Source of the DNA: the human T2T-CHM13v2.0 reference genome, Homo sapiens
Assembly: GCF_009914755.1 (NCBI RefSeq)
Contig: NC_060943.1
Direction: 5' to 3' (one strand)
DNA length: 64,000 nt
This document shows positions 19,113 to 39,586 of this stretch, in pieces. A model generated the notes under the pieces. It did not search any database. It saw only the letters and a list, made by a program, of their open reading frames with translations, and was not told the origin of the DNA. The position numbers and the translations under genes are program-made. Each line of letters opens with the position of its first letter. Within the stretch, counting starts at the first letter, position 1.

Positions 19113-19490
19113 CCTGGTTGATTTTGTTGTATATTTAACAAAATGTAAGCAACAACTGCAGTGATGAATGTATGCCCCGATTCTTAGAAAAATCAAAACA
19201 TGAATGAGGTGCGGATTTGTACAATTTCCCCGATGTGACTTTCACAGCACAGTTATAAAGAGGGGGCATTTGCACTTTGTGGGTCTCACCAGTGGATGTT
19301 TTTACTGCTGTGATAACTTCATTCCTGGCAGCAATCAGATGATGACTTTTTGTTTTTTGTTTTTGTTTTTGTTTTTTTTTTGAGATGGAGTCCCGCTCTG
19401 TCGCCCAGGCTGGAATGCAGTGGTGCGATCTTGGCTCACTGCAACCTCCGCCTCCAGTGTTCAAGCAATTCTCCTGCCTCAGCCTCCTGA

Positions 19491-19700
<210 letters not shown>

Positions 19701-20340
19701 TGACCCTGTTAGGGCAAACACCTCACAGGTGTGGCCAGTGCTAAATGAGATGCATGAAGCCGCTAAACCCAGTGCTCAGACACATAAGAAGTGCTCACAA
19801 CCGTGAGTAGTTATTACCATTATGGCGATTGTCTAAAGTGGAATGGAGAAGTGTCTCAGTCTGGGTTCGAGAGAGGAAACAGGTAAATAGACCCCACGCC
19901 AGGTATTTTATCTACCAAAGGGTTTAATGTAGGGAATTAAATGTTCACAAAATTATTGAATGGGCTGAGCCTCCTGCGATAACTCAGAGAACCACACGGA
20001 ACTGTCCCAGCAAGGAGCCACCGCCTTTGAGGACTCATCTGTAGCTCTGAGTTCCAGAACATATCCCCAGAGCTGTGATCCAGGGGCCAAAAGCTGCCAC
20101 CTGAGGTCCGGGAAGTCAGAGAATGGCCCTGACTGCCTGCCGTGGAGACACCTCATATTCCACTGTTATACTTGCCAGGAGGAACAGTGCAAGAGGGGCA
20201 AGAGAAGCGGGGGAATGAAAATGGGCCCTGCTGGCAGCCAAGTCATGATGTTCCAAGCAAGCAAGAATAGGGTTGTGGGCTGAGCGTGGTGGCTCACGCC
20301 TGTAATCCCAGCACTTTGGGAGGCCGAGGCGGGTGGATCA

Positions 20341-20661
<321 letters not shown>

Positions 20662-20948
20662 TTACCATTGAAAACGCAACCCTGCGCTATCTTCCTGCCT
20701 TCAGGGCAAAAATTAAAGAGAAGAGCTGGGCATGGTCGCTCACGCCTGTAATCCCAGCCACTTGGGAGGCTGAAGCAGGAGGATCACTTGAGGCCAGGAG
20801 TTCAAGATCAGCTTGGGCAACATAACAAGACCCTATCTCTGTAATTAGAAAAAAAACTGAAGCCGGGTGCGGTGGCTCACACCTGTAATCCCAGCACTTA
20901 TGGGAGGCCAAGGCGGGTGGATCACAAGAGGCCAGGAGTTCGAGACTA

Positions 20949-21206
<258 letters not shown>

Positions 21207-21443
21207 TCATTAGAACTGCTCTCCACTTCCCCCAACCCCCGGCAGAGCCCTCTAGCACAAGCCCTAACGCTCTGAAAGGCCTCTTCTGACTCTTTGTACA
21301 GTGATCCCCTGGAATGCGTCCTCCCTTGCTGAACCAAGATAAATAAACCTCACTGCCAGTGGTTCTTTTGGCCCTTGATCGGCTTTCCGCATCTTACTCG
21401 AGTGCACTTAATTAGCAAAGCCCAGTTCAGCCCAGAACTCTAG

Positions 21444-22241
<798 letters not shown>

Positions 22242-22399
22242 AGAATGCCCTTCTTGAGCCTCAGTTTCCTCATCTGTGAGAGAGACTCAGGACACCTGCT
22301 GCTGGCCTTAAAACCCGGGTCTCTTGCTGTGTCACCTGGGAGAGTACACCTGCTCCACTGAGCCTCGATTATCCCAACCGTAAAATGGGGTGATTCTCA

Positions 22400-28615
<6,216 letters not shown>

Positions 28616-29833
28616 GAATCAAGGGCTGCTTTTCTATTTTTGGCCTCAACATTTGGGTGAAGATGGACTTGCTTTCTAAGATGGTGGAGTAATGGGAAGG
28701 AACAAATTTCTTCGCAAGGTGGGGGAGAGAGTGAAAAATTATCTACTGCCCACCTTAGGTTTGAGATGCCTATTAAGAAATCCAAGAGGAGATGTCAAGT
28801 AGGCCATCGGATATGAGTGGGAAGAAGATCAGCATGCTCTAGGAGCAGAAAGGAGGCATGACTGGAACTCATTAAACACGAGGAGAAGACAGTGGTAGAC
28901 AGGTGGGCCAGGGCAGATGAGGCCACCGTGGGCAAACTGGTCACAAAGTTCTGAGTCAGCCACTCATCGCTTGTGAAACCTGGGGAAAGTTGTTCATTTA
29001 TGAATATAAGACGAACAACTTCCATGTAATGAATGCTTGTTATGGGTAAGCCACTGTCTTCGTTTTTATGGCGCGGAGTCTTCAGATCAGCCGGGGAGGT
29101 GGAGGATGGGAGGGGGATTCTCTTATCCTTGTTGTACGGAGGAGGAAATACGCTGCGGGCTGGGGTAGGGCTTGTATGAGCCATAATCAGGTCTGGAACT
29201 GTCTAGATAAAAAACTTCAGCTGATCTCTTAGGATGTCTGTCTGCTCTAAAATCCAAATATGCTTCTTCACAGTTCTGAGATGCAGAAACTGAGGCCTCA
29301 GGACGGGGCAGTAGTCTGTCCAATAGGGGCACAGCGAGGACGCGTGGCAGGTAGCGCTGTCCCCCAATTCACCCCAGGGGAAACTGAGGCTAAAGAGAGG
29401 GCGGTGTCCTGTCCAGGTTCACACACAGGAAGAGCCAAACCGAGGCCCCCGCGCTGGCCCCCTCCTGAGCCACTGCCCACCCCGGAACAGGAGGGCAGCC
29501 TGCTCACGTCCTGATTCCTGGCACCGACATCGGCCCTTAAGTTCTGCCCGGGTGGAGAGGGAGGACAAAAAAAAATGCGATCCGTAGTCAAGGAGACGTA
29601 GCCTGCACTCCTGATTGGCGCAGAACTCTAGCCTGGTCTCCTCCTCCTCCTCCTCTTCGCTTGCCAGCTTCTAGAGCTCCGGAGGCCCCACCTCCCAAAT
29701 GCCCGGCGGTGCCCGGCCTCCCCTGATCTCCACAACAACGCCGCCATGGCTCCTCCTCCTCCTCCCTCTTTTTTTCCCGGCACTTCTGCGCATGTCCAGG
29801 GCCCGCGCGCAGACCACTGGGAAGCCTCCTCGT

Positions 29834-30055
29834 GCATTCTGGGAAATGTAGTCCAAAGCCTGTCGCGCTCAGACAGCCCGCGACATTTGCGCCGTCAAGG
29901 CCAAATAGGCTGCAGACGACGCTTTCGCGTATCTTGGGAAATGTAGTTCCAGTGTTGGCGAAGACGCCACGCGGTGACAAACAGGAGTAAGGCGGTCCCC
30001 AGGCGAGGGCCAATTGGCAGCCGCCTTTGCCGCGATGCTTCCTGGGAGTTGTAGT
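29834..30055. promoter_or_regulatory. Three tandem ZNF143/THAP11 (SBS, ACTACAnnTCCCA) motifs
   Basis: GCATTCTGGGAAATGTAGT (29834-29852), GTATCTTGGGAAATGTAGT (29929-29947) and GCTTCCTGGGAGTTGTAGT (30037-30055), all in the same orientation. Confidence 0.85.
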
Positions 30056-30059
30056 TCGG

Positions 30060-30238
30060 GGTGAGGCCGGGGCTTCATGGGGAGTTGTTGGGCTGAACGA
30101 GCGACTCGGAGTATGGGATTGGGGGAGGGGGACGGGGGAGTTTGGCGCAAAGCCTGCTGGGGCATGGAGTCCCGGCGAGCTTTGTGCGCATGTGCGGGGA
30201 GGTGAGGGGGCTTGGGGGGCCTCGCCTGAGAGAGTGAG
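30060..30238 (+). other. ZNF444: ZNF444 candidate first exon (TSS position uncertain)
   Basis: Lies in the CpG island directly after the ZNF143-type motifs. Donor GAG|gtgagc at 30238/30239 (alternatives at 30060/61 and 30201/02), followed by a very G-rich intron start. Confidence 0.5.
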
Positions 30239-31288
30239 GTGAGCGAGGGGGGAAGGAGGGAGGGATTGGGTGGGGGCGGTTGGACGAGGGAGGGACCAGA
30301 GGTTGGATGGGAAGAGGGGCGCCGGGGGCCTCAGGAGGGAAAGATGGGAGACTTGCGGGGAGGGGAGGAGAAGGGGGCTGAGTGATGGGGAAGGGGCTGG
30401 GAGAGGGAACTAGAGGGGGAGGGACTTGGAGAGGGGGAGGGGTGGATAGTGGGAGGGGGTCGTGGATCCTCGAGGTCCTGAACGCGGGAGAGAAATGCTG
30501 AGGGAGAGGACGGGGGAGGGGCGCCTGGGGGAGGGGGAGGGGCGGGACGGGGGAGGGACAGGTGGGGGAGGGGAAGGGGACCCTAGCAGAGGGTGGGCTG
30601 TGAGATGAAAGCTGAGTGGGAAGCTGGACCCTACAAAGGAGTCTGGGGGCGCCGGGACCGGACCCCTTCGGAAAGGTTTGCGGGAAGGGGCTTCCGGGGA
30701 CGATGGTTATTGTTGTAACGTAGATACGGCGCAGGTGGCTCGTTTTGCGCGCTGCTTCTACAAGTGCAACTTTTACAGAGTTGTGAGATTCCTGAAGATA
30801 AGAATCGTTGCTCTGTTTTGCTGCTTTCTCAGTGCGGAGCATCTGCCTTTTTAGCTTGTTGCAAGGCATTATTACCTTCGGTAATATGTGTAAAGTGCTT
30901 AGAAACTCTGTTTATTGTCAAATGAAGTTGACCCCCGCCACCTCTACCCCAGTCAGGATGGAGTCACCCTCCTCTATATCCGATTTTAACGCCTATTCCA
31001 ATGTATACTTAGTATTTTAATCTGCGTGCGTGTTCATAGCAGTGTCCCCTGGGCACCTCGCAGGGAAACTTCGACAAAGTAACCCTAAGTCTGACTGGAC
31101 ACTTACTAGCCAGGTGTGGTTCTCAGCATTTTTGTTCTCCTTCTATCACTTTACAGTCAACGAAATGGAGATACAGGGTATTACAAAAGGTGCCTTGTAC
31201 CTCGTCCAAGGACACAGAGCTGGTAGGAGGCAGAGCTGGAATTTGCCCCAGAGCCTTTGTGCCGTAGGTAAATATTTGTCCAGTGGGC

Positions 31289-31490
31289 CAGCGGCTCTCA
31301 ACCAGGAGTGGTTTTGTCCCCCAGGGGACATGTGGCAATGTCTGGAGACTTTTTTTTTGGTTTTTCCAACTTGGGAAGTGCTACTGGCATCTCATGAAAA
31401 GAGGCAGAGATGCTGGTAGACATCGTATGTTGCACAGGATAGCCCGCCACGACACAAGTGCCATTAATGTCGAGGTTGGGAACCTAGAGT
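31289..31490. mobile_element. MER20 DNA transposon relic
   Basis: ttttgtcccccaggggacatgtggcaatgtctggagac...tgctactggcatct...gaggcagagatgctg. Confidence 0.8.
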
Positions 31491-32783
31491 AGACAAACCG
31501 GTCTTTGTCGAGCACTTAGCCTTTGGAGGCTGCTTCTAACTCCTGCTCCCAGCAGCCTCTTGAGAGGAAGGAGCTCTTGTTAGTCCTGTGTCTCAGGTGG
31601 AGAAATGAAGCACAGAGGGGGTAAGTCACACGTCCACAGTCACACTGCTGATGAGTGGCAGAGCTGGAAGTTGAAGCCAGGCAGCCAGACTCCACAGCCT
31701 CTTAGCCATGATATTAACCCAGCATATGTGGGTGCTGGTGCCGGGGTACTAGGTGGAACTGGTGTGGACTCTGGAGTCACATCTGGGTCCCATTTGTGGC
31801 TCCTTCACTCTCTGAGCATCTCCCTATGGTAAGAGGGGACCCATCTCCCCAGCTCACAGGTCTGTTGGGAAGGTTGGGTGGGGCAGTATAAGACACTAGC
31901 CACTCAGTGGCTGTCTTCAAGGCATCCAGGGTGCCTGGCTCTGGACTGGACTGTGCTTTGCGGACACAGACAGCTAGACAGCAGGGTTACAGCTGTTGAA
32001 TGCACATAGCACAGGGCGCTCATTGGATGGTAGGGTGGATTGACATGGTGGAAGGCCCTTACTTAACAGCATGTGCTTTCTTGGGAGCAGGCCTTGTGCT
32101 GGATGGCCCCACCGACCCAGTGAAGAGCTGGACTTGGTCACTGCCCCAGAGAGCTCACTTTCTGGACAGCCCAGGGTGTAGTGACCTGTGATCACCTCTG
32201 AGATTGCAAACAGGGTCAGCTTGATGGCCTGTGGCATTGCTCTCTGGCGGAAATTCCTCCTTAGTCCCAGAGGGATCTTTTTTATAGCAGAGCAGGCATC
32301 TGTGTGGCTTTTGAGACTTGGATCTGGCCTGGGTCTTCCGATAAGTCTTTCTGCCTGCTCCCAGGTTCATCAGCCCTTAAACTGATGGATGGGTGGGGTG
32401 GGAGGTGATGCTGTGGCCTGGCTGTGGATGTGCAAGTCCAGGCTCTGCCACGTGTTAGCTGAGTGACTTTAGGTAAGACATCTCCCCTTGCTCCTGCTGC
32501 AACTTGGGGGTAGTAACACCAACCTCATGGGATTGATCAGCCTGTAAAGTTTATTTGAGTGCTAGCCAGAATGCTGGGGTTGGAATATGGAGTCTCTCGC
32601 CCACATGAATTGTAGTGAAGAAAGTCAGCACACAGATATCGTAACACTAGATCTTGTTAAATGCTGAAAGAAAACTAATAAGGGTGACGTCTTAGCAACT
32701 GGGGGAAGGGCACGTGGGTGCAGCATCGGAGGGGGTGATCTGGGGAGGCTCTCCAAGGGGGTAATAATTGCATGGAGGCCTCA

Positions 32784-33080
<297 letters not shown>

Positions 33081-33805
33081 TCAGGAGGCTGAGCCAGGAG
33101 GATGGTTTGAGCCCAGGAGGTCGGGGCTGCAATGAGCCGAGAGGTCATGCCACCGCTCCAGCCTGGGCGACAGAGAGAGACCCTGTCTTAAAAAAAAGAA
33201 AAAAGAAAAAAAGGGATCCATTGTGGCTGGAGTATAGAGAATCTGGGAGCAGGCAGAGATGAGAAAGTAGGGCTGGGCTGCATGGTCTCATGGCCATAGT
33301 AAGCAATTTGGGTTTTGAGCATCACAGGAAGCAGTTGGAGGGCACTGAGCAAGGAAGTGACAGGGATTTACAGTGAAAAAGTTTTTGTGATCACTGTGGA
33401 GTGATTTGGCTCTAGGTGGCGAGAGTAGGCATACACGGGTCTTGTGGCAGCCGTCCCAGCAATGAGATGACGTTTGTGGTTAGTGACATGGCGGTCAGGA
33501 GCCCAGGCTTTGGTTGTATCAGGAGGAAAATTGTCTGAACACAGACTTCCTCTCAGACCTCACCGGCTAGAAGCAGATTATGTGCCCACCCTCTGCCTTG
33601 TGGTCAAGGGGACTTTGCTATATAGTTCCTTATGATACAGTCCAAGCTGCTGTAATGAAGAGACCCCAAGTACAGGGCTCCACATAGGACAGAACTGATT
33701 CTTTTCTCCCATAATACTCCAGAGGTGTTCTGGGGCGGGCTGGCGCCTGAGCCCCATGGGGTCATCAGGGTCCCTTCTGTCTTGATCTTCCAGTGTCCTT
33801 GAGGT

Positions 33806-34005
33806 CAGGGGCCGGCAGTCTTGTCCTGTAAAGAGCCAGCGAGTGACTATCTTTGGCTCTGTGGACAGCCTTACAGGCCACCCAGGCCCTGTCACAGCCA
33901 CTCGGTAGCTCCAAGGCGGCCGTGGACAGCGCGTGAGCAAGTGGGCGTGGATGTGCGCCAGTGAGACTTAAGTAAAACAGGCTGCAGGCCAGATTCGGCC
34001 CACCA
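33806..34005. mobile_element. MER58A-like hAT MITE
   Basis: caggggccggca..ctgtaaagagccag...aaacaggctgcaggccagattcggcccac. Confidence 0.7.
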
Positions 34006-34183
34006 GCTCAGAGACCACCATTTCTCAAATGCTTTGAAGTCAGGACTCCTTTCTGCCTTCAAAATTACTGAAGACCCTAACATGCTTTTATTGATGGGAG
34101 TCATATCTATTGTTACGTATCATAGTAGAAACCAAAACAGAAAATTGTAAAGTATTTATTAATGCATTTAAAAATGGCAATCA

Positions 34184-34522
<339 letters not shown>

Positions 34523-35127
34523 CTACGCCATGGGAGGACACAAAAGGAGGCCGTCGGCAGCCTGGAAGAGGTGCTCACCAGAACCCGACAGTGCTGGCAC
34601 CCAGATCGCAAATTCCCAGCGGAAGGGACTGGGACAGGCCGTCATAGCTGTCATAGCGGAGCACCGTGGACTGAACTGCTATGAGCTTATTTCTCAGTTC
34701 TGGGAGCGGGAAGCTCAGAATGCCATCATGGTCAGTTCCTGGTGAGGGCCTCTGCCAGGCTGCAGGTGGCCTCCTTGCTGTGTGCTCCTGCTGGCAGAGA
34801 TGGACAGAGTCCCGGTGTCCCTTTCTCTTATAAGGCCACAGCCCTATTAGGCCCAGCCCTTGTGACCTCAGTTAACTTTCATTACCAGTTAAAAGCTTCG
34901 TCTCCAAATACGGTCACACTGGGGTGAGAGCTTCCACATGTGAATTTTGGGAGACAAATTCAGGCCACAGCAGTTAGTTGGGGTGGCTTCTGAGTAGGCT
35001 GCAAAGTGTCTGCTCCCAGGGTGTGGGGTGCACGGCCCCACAAGTCCAGTGAGGGTGGTGCTGATGGTGACCTGCTGCTGCCAGGCCTGCTGCAAGCTCT
35101 TTCTGTGTTTTCTGGTTGAATCCTCAG

Positions 35128-35301
35128 GACAGGCTGCGGGAGGAGCTGCAGGACTGAGGTACAGAGGCCAGGGGCCCAGGGCAGGACCCAGCCTGGACTT
35201 GACTCCCTGGGATCCCAGGAAGGGCACACCCTTTCCTCACCACCCGAGTGAGCGCTGCCCCCTCACAGAGACCTCTTTGCCCCCTGGGCCAGGCAGAGCA
35301 G
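35128..35301 (+). other. ZNF444: ZNF444 non-coding 5'UTR exon (probable exon 2)
   Basis: Acceptor tttctggttgaatcctcag| at 35127 and strong donor CAG|gtgagt at 35301/35302. Non-repetitive, ATG-free 174 nt just upstream of the start-codon exon. Confidence 0.75.
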
Positions 35302-35792
35302 GTGAGTGCTTTATCTTACAGGGGAAACCGAGGCACAGAGGCCGGGCCTATCCTGGGTATGTGGGCGGCTCAGAAGCGCGGGTCCCAGGCCGGGTGCAGT
35401 GGCTCACGCCTGTAATTCCCAGCACTTTGGGAGGCCGAGGTGGGCGGATCACCTGGGGTCAGGAGTTTGAGATCAGCCTGGCCAACATGGTGAAACCCCA
35501 TCTCTACTAAAAATATAAAAATTAGCAGGCGTGGTGGCGGATGCCTGTAATTCCCGCTACTCAGGAAGCCAAGGCAGGAGAATCGCCTGAACCCGGGAGC
35601 TGAGGTTGCAGTAAGCTGAGATCCGCCACTGCACTCCAACCTGGGGGAAAGAGCGAAACTCCGTCTCAAAAAATAAAAAGTAAAAAAAAAGAGCGTTGGT
35701 CCCATTGTGAGTCTGGGCACCGCGGGCAGGGTCTCGGCGGGCAGGGGTCTCACCGGCTTGTTCCCTGCAGGCGCTGCGGTCCGGGAGGCCCC

Positions 35793-36089
35793 ATGGAGGT
35801 GGCGGTGCCCGTGAAGCAGGAGGCCGAGGGCCTGGCGCTGGACTCCCCGTGGCACCGCTTCCGCCGCTTCCACCTGGGCGACGCGCCGGGCCCGCGGGAG
35901 GCGCTGGGGCTGCTCCGCGCCCTGTGCCGGGACTGGCTGCGGCCCGAGGTGCACACCAAGGAGCAGATGTTGGAGCTGCTGGTGCTGGAACAGTTCCTGA
36001 GCGCGCTGCCCGCCGACACGCAGGCCTGGGTGTGCAGCCGGCAGCCGCAGAGCGGGGAGGAGGCGGTGGCCCTGCTGGAGGAGCTCTGG
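35793..36089 (+). CDS. ZNF444: ZNF444 coding exon 1 (SCAN domain); exon begins at 35771
   Basis: [10 protein letters not shown]...[41 protein letters not shown]...[11 protein letters not shown] is a canonical SCAN domain. Acceptor ttccctgcag| ends at 35770, start context cccATGG, donor TGG|gtgagc at 36089/36090. 297 nt, phase 0. Confidence 0.97.
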
Positions 36090-37891
36090 GTGAGCCTGGC
36101 GGGACTGCAAGCGGGGAAGGGAGAGGGGAAGGTGCCAGGGAAGCCACCAGGAAGCCCAGGGAGGAGCACCACTGAACCCCTGAAAACCAGTGTGACTCGC
36201 GGTGGGGAGGCTGCGGTACAGGCTGCGGTACAGCGTGGAGGGACAGTCCACGTGCGGCACCCTCCATCCCCACACCAGCTGCAAGTCAGGAGGGCCCCAA
36301 GACCCTGGCATACTTGCGAGTTCTCTAGGACTCACAGCCGTGTTCACGGTCACGGCTTATCAGAGAAGGACGTGCTGGAAGCAGCTGGGAAGAAGGCCAC
36401 GAAGGCTCCAGGGAGCGCAGTTACCAGCTGTCCTCTCCCCGCACCCCGCCCGCACGCAGGGGGTCTTGCCGGCCAGGAATTCTCCTCAGACCGTGGTGTC
36501 CTGGGTTCTTACTGGGGACTCCTCCCCGTTCTGTGTGGCTGACCTCAGCCTCCCGCCCCCTGAAAGTCAAGGATACCCCCTGGTCCAAACTCTACCCCAA
36601 ATTCATCTTGCTTTTGGGCTGGCCTGAGTCCCCCGGGGCAGGCAGACCCTCCTTATCATGCGTGAGGCTCCAAGGGCTCAGAGATGACTTCCCAGGGGCA
36701 GAGGGCAAAGCCAGGCCTCTCTGGGCAGGTTTGGTTTCTTGACCACACAGCAGGCAAGGGCCGACTCACGTTCTGGGTGAAGTCTTGGTGCACAGCCACA
36801 CCCACCCACTCATGTCACCTGGGGCTGACACTTGCCACCGTGATGACCACAGAGGGCCCGAGGAGCTGGAAGTGTTGACTGCCTGGCCCCGTCAGGGAAG
36901 TTGCCAGCCTGGCTTAGAGTCCTGTCGGGGGATGTGTTATGTGAGCTGCACATGCCATCTTAAGTGTTCTAGTCAGCACGTTAAAAAAAGGCAAATTTAC
37001 TTCATGGACCCCAATGTGTTCAAAATACCATCCTTTCAGTAGTGGCACTCTCCCATGGCTGGTGGCTGCTGTGTGGGGCCTGGGTGATGAGCGGTGGGCA
37101 GCCACGCAGAGACCTCTGAGAAGAGTGGTCCAGGCCACGAGAGCAGCCAGTGCAAAGGCCCTGAGCCACCTCGAGCGGCACAGGGGCCCTGAGTGAGGGG
37201 GTGTTTGCGGCCAGGCCTGAGTCCCCAGTGGCAGGAGGGTGAAGAGTCAGAGCAGTCGCGTGTTCCTCATAAGTGCGTACCGAGTGCCTGCTGGGTGCTG
37301 AGATGTAGCAGCAGAGAGGGGGCATCTCGGTGAGGCAAAGCGAGCAAAGCCTTCAGTCCATGGCAGCCGGGCGGCCTTCCTTCCTTCCAGAGGGAGCAGC
37401 TCCCGTCAAGGCTGCCAGTGGCCTCATCCGTCTCCCTTCTCATGCGGCCCGACCAGCCCCCAGACACTCCCCCCTCTTATTGTCTGGGATACAGCTCGCC
37501 CCTCCTCTGCTCCTGCCTCCTGGCACCTCTGTGCTGGCTCTGGCTTCTCTATCCTCGCCCTCCTTCCGGGTCATTGTTCCCAAAAGTGGGTTGTAACAAA
37601 TCACAAACGCAGCGGCTTACAAATCACAAACGCAGCGGCTTAGAAATCACACAAGTCTGTTACAGTTCTGGAGGTCAGAAGTCCAAAATGGTTTGGTCTC
37701 ATGGCCCAAAATCGAGGTGTCTGCAGGGCCACGTCCCTTCTCAAGTCTCCAAAATCAAGGTGTCATCTGCAGAGCCACGTCCCTTCTCAAGGCTCTAGGA
37801 GAGAATCCGTTTCCGGCCTTTTCCAGCTCCTAGAGGCTGCCCGCATTCCTCGGCTCATGGCCCTTCCTCCGTCCTCAGAGTGCTGCACTCC

Positions 37892-38335
37892 GACCTCTGC
37901 TTCCATCCCCCATCACTCCTCCGACCTTGACCTCTGCTTCCATCCCCATCACTCCTCCGACCTTGACCTCTGCTTCCATCCCCCATCACTCCTCTGACCT
38001 TGACCTCTGCTTCCATCCCCATCACTCCTCCGACCTTGACCTCTGCTTTCATCCCCATCACTCCTCCGACCTTGACCTCTGCTTCCATCCCCCATCACTC
38101 CTCTGACCTTGACCTCTGCTTCCATCCCCCATCACTCCTCCGACCTTGACCTCTGCTTTCATCCCCATCACTCCTCCGACCTTGACCTCTGCTTCCATCC
38201 CCCATCACTCCTCTGACCTTGACCTCTGCTTCCATCCCCCATCACTCCTCTGACCTTGACCTCTGCTTCCATCCCCCATCACTCCTCTGACCTTGACCTC
38301 TGCTTCCATCCCCCATCACTCCTCTGACCTTGACC
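37892..38335. repeat. 36/37-bp minisatellite, 12 copies (ZNF444 intron)
   Basis: Unit gacctctgcttccatcccc(c)atcactcctc(c/t)gacctt; length varies by a C4/C5 run. Confidence 0.95.
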
Positions 38336-38355
38336 CACTTAGGTCCTGTGGTCAC

Positions 38356-38732
38356 TTATTTATTTATTTATTTATTTTACTTTAAGTTCTGGGATACATG
38401 TGCTGAACGTGCAGGTTTGTTACATGTGCCATGAAGGTTTGCTGCACATACCAACCTGTCATCTAGGTTTTAAGCCCCACATGCCTTAGGTGTTTGTCCT
38501 AATGCTCTCCCTCCCCTTCCCCCACCCCCCGACAGGCCCTGGTGTGTGATGTTCTCCTCCCTGTGTCCATGTGTTCTCATTGTTCAACTCCCACTTCTGA
38601 GTGAGAACACATGGTGTTTGGTTTTCTGTTCCTGTGTTAGTTTGCCAAGGATGATGGCGTCCAGTTCATCCATGTCCCTGCAAAGGACATGAACTCATTC
38701 TTTTTCATTGGTGCATAGTATTCCATGGTGTA
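38356..38732 (-). mobile_element. 5'-truncated primate L1PA 3' end
   Basis: ttattttactttaagttctgggatacatgtg...tgttcaactcccact...gcatagtattccatggtgta; 10-bp TSD ctgtggtcac at 38346-38355 and 38733-38742. Confidence 0.92.
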
Positions 38733-39586
38733 CTGTGGTCACGTCTTAGGTCACCTGTGATGACATTCGGCCCGTCAGGATAGTTCAGGAGAGTTTCCCC
38801 ATGTCAGTGCTTAACTCCCTCCCATCCACAGAGTCCTTGTTGCCCTGAGACAGCAGATGACAGGTTCTGGGGATCAGACCGTGTACATCTTTGGGGCCAT
38901 TATTCTGTCTGCCACAGAGGCGAGGTGAATGCAAGGTGAAGTGGGGGTGGAACAGAACCAACGTGGAATCTGTGAGCCTCGGGGTTTCGCCCTTTCCAGT
39001 TTCCATGACTCCTCAGAACAGGACCTGGCACATGGGTGCTGTCTAGGTAGATTTCAGCCACTGTTACCACTCTGAGCTCATGCCATCTGTTTTGTTGGCA
39101 TTAAAATGTTCTTTTAGGAAAAGATGGTAAAAGTAGGTGGTGGTTATTGTTGCTTTTAATGTATATATCTTGCAAAATAAAAAAAAATCTTCCATTCGGG
39201 GATGCAGTGAGAGTTCTGTTGGTTCAGTGAATCTAAAAGTCGGGAAATCACCAGGCTCCAGGCCGTCGGGACTCTCCTGCGTTCTCTGCTTGCTCCGAGG
39301 CGAACCTCTCACTGTGGCTCTGGGATGTCTTTAGCATCTCTCTTGTATCTGTTACTCTCTCTTTTTAATAAGGGCAGATCTCAGGTTCAGAGCCTTCTCC
39401 TATCAGTGTCCACACAGACGGGAATAACACTGCCGTGAGTGATGGAATTTCCCATGACCTCTCTCTCTGGCACATGATACTGGCTTTCCATTTCCAGCAA
39501 TGATACAACATGGTCTTAAGTCAGTGTTATTTTAGTTTTAGGTAAAAGTAAAGAAGAGTAATAAGAGCCTGGGCGATAGCCATTGT

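Larger units (their letters stand above)
29320..30760. promoter_or_regulatory. CpG-island promoter of ZNF444
   Basis: High CpG density. CCAAT boxes (~29611, ~30009), YY1-like GCCGCCAT (29740), NRF1-like TGCGCATG (~29787, ~30185) and three ZNF143/THAP11 motifs. Confidence 0.9.
37575..38916 (-). mobile_element. MLT1D/E-type MaLR LTR hosting the 36/37-bp minisatellite and an L1 insertion
   Basis: acagttctggaggtcagaagtcc, ggctctaggagagaatcc and tagaggctgcccgcattcctcggctcatggccc; terminus reverse complement tgtggcagacagaataatggcccc. Confidence 0.78.

Noticed and set aside
35128-35792. N-terminal extension of ZNF444 through the upstream exon
   Set aside because: No ATG in the exon and an in-frame TGA at ~35249; only a weak-context CTG follows.
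36090-36542. C-terminal extension of the 249-aa SCAN ORF
   Set aside because: Read-through past a canonical donor at 36090; the spliced product gives the complete 327-aa protein.
37892-38335. CRISPR-like 36/37-bp periodicity
   Set aside because: Units are head-to-tail with no unique spacers, there are no cas genes, and the context is primate intron.
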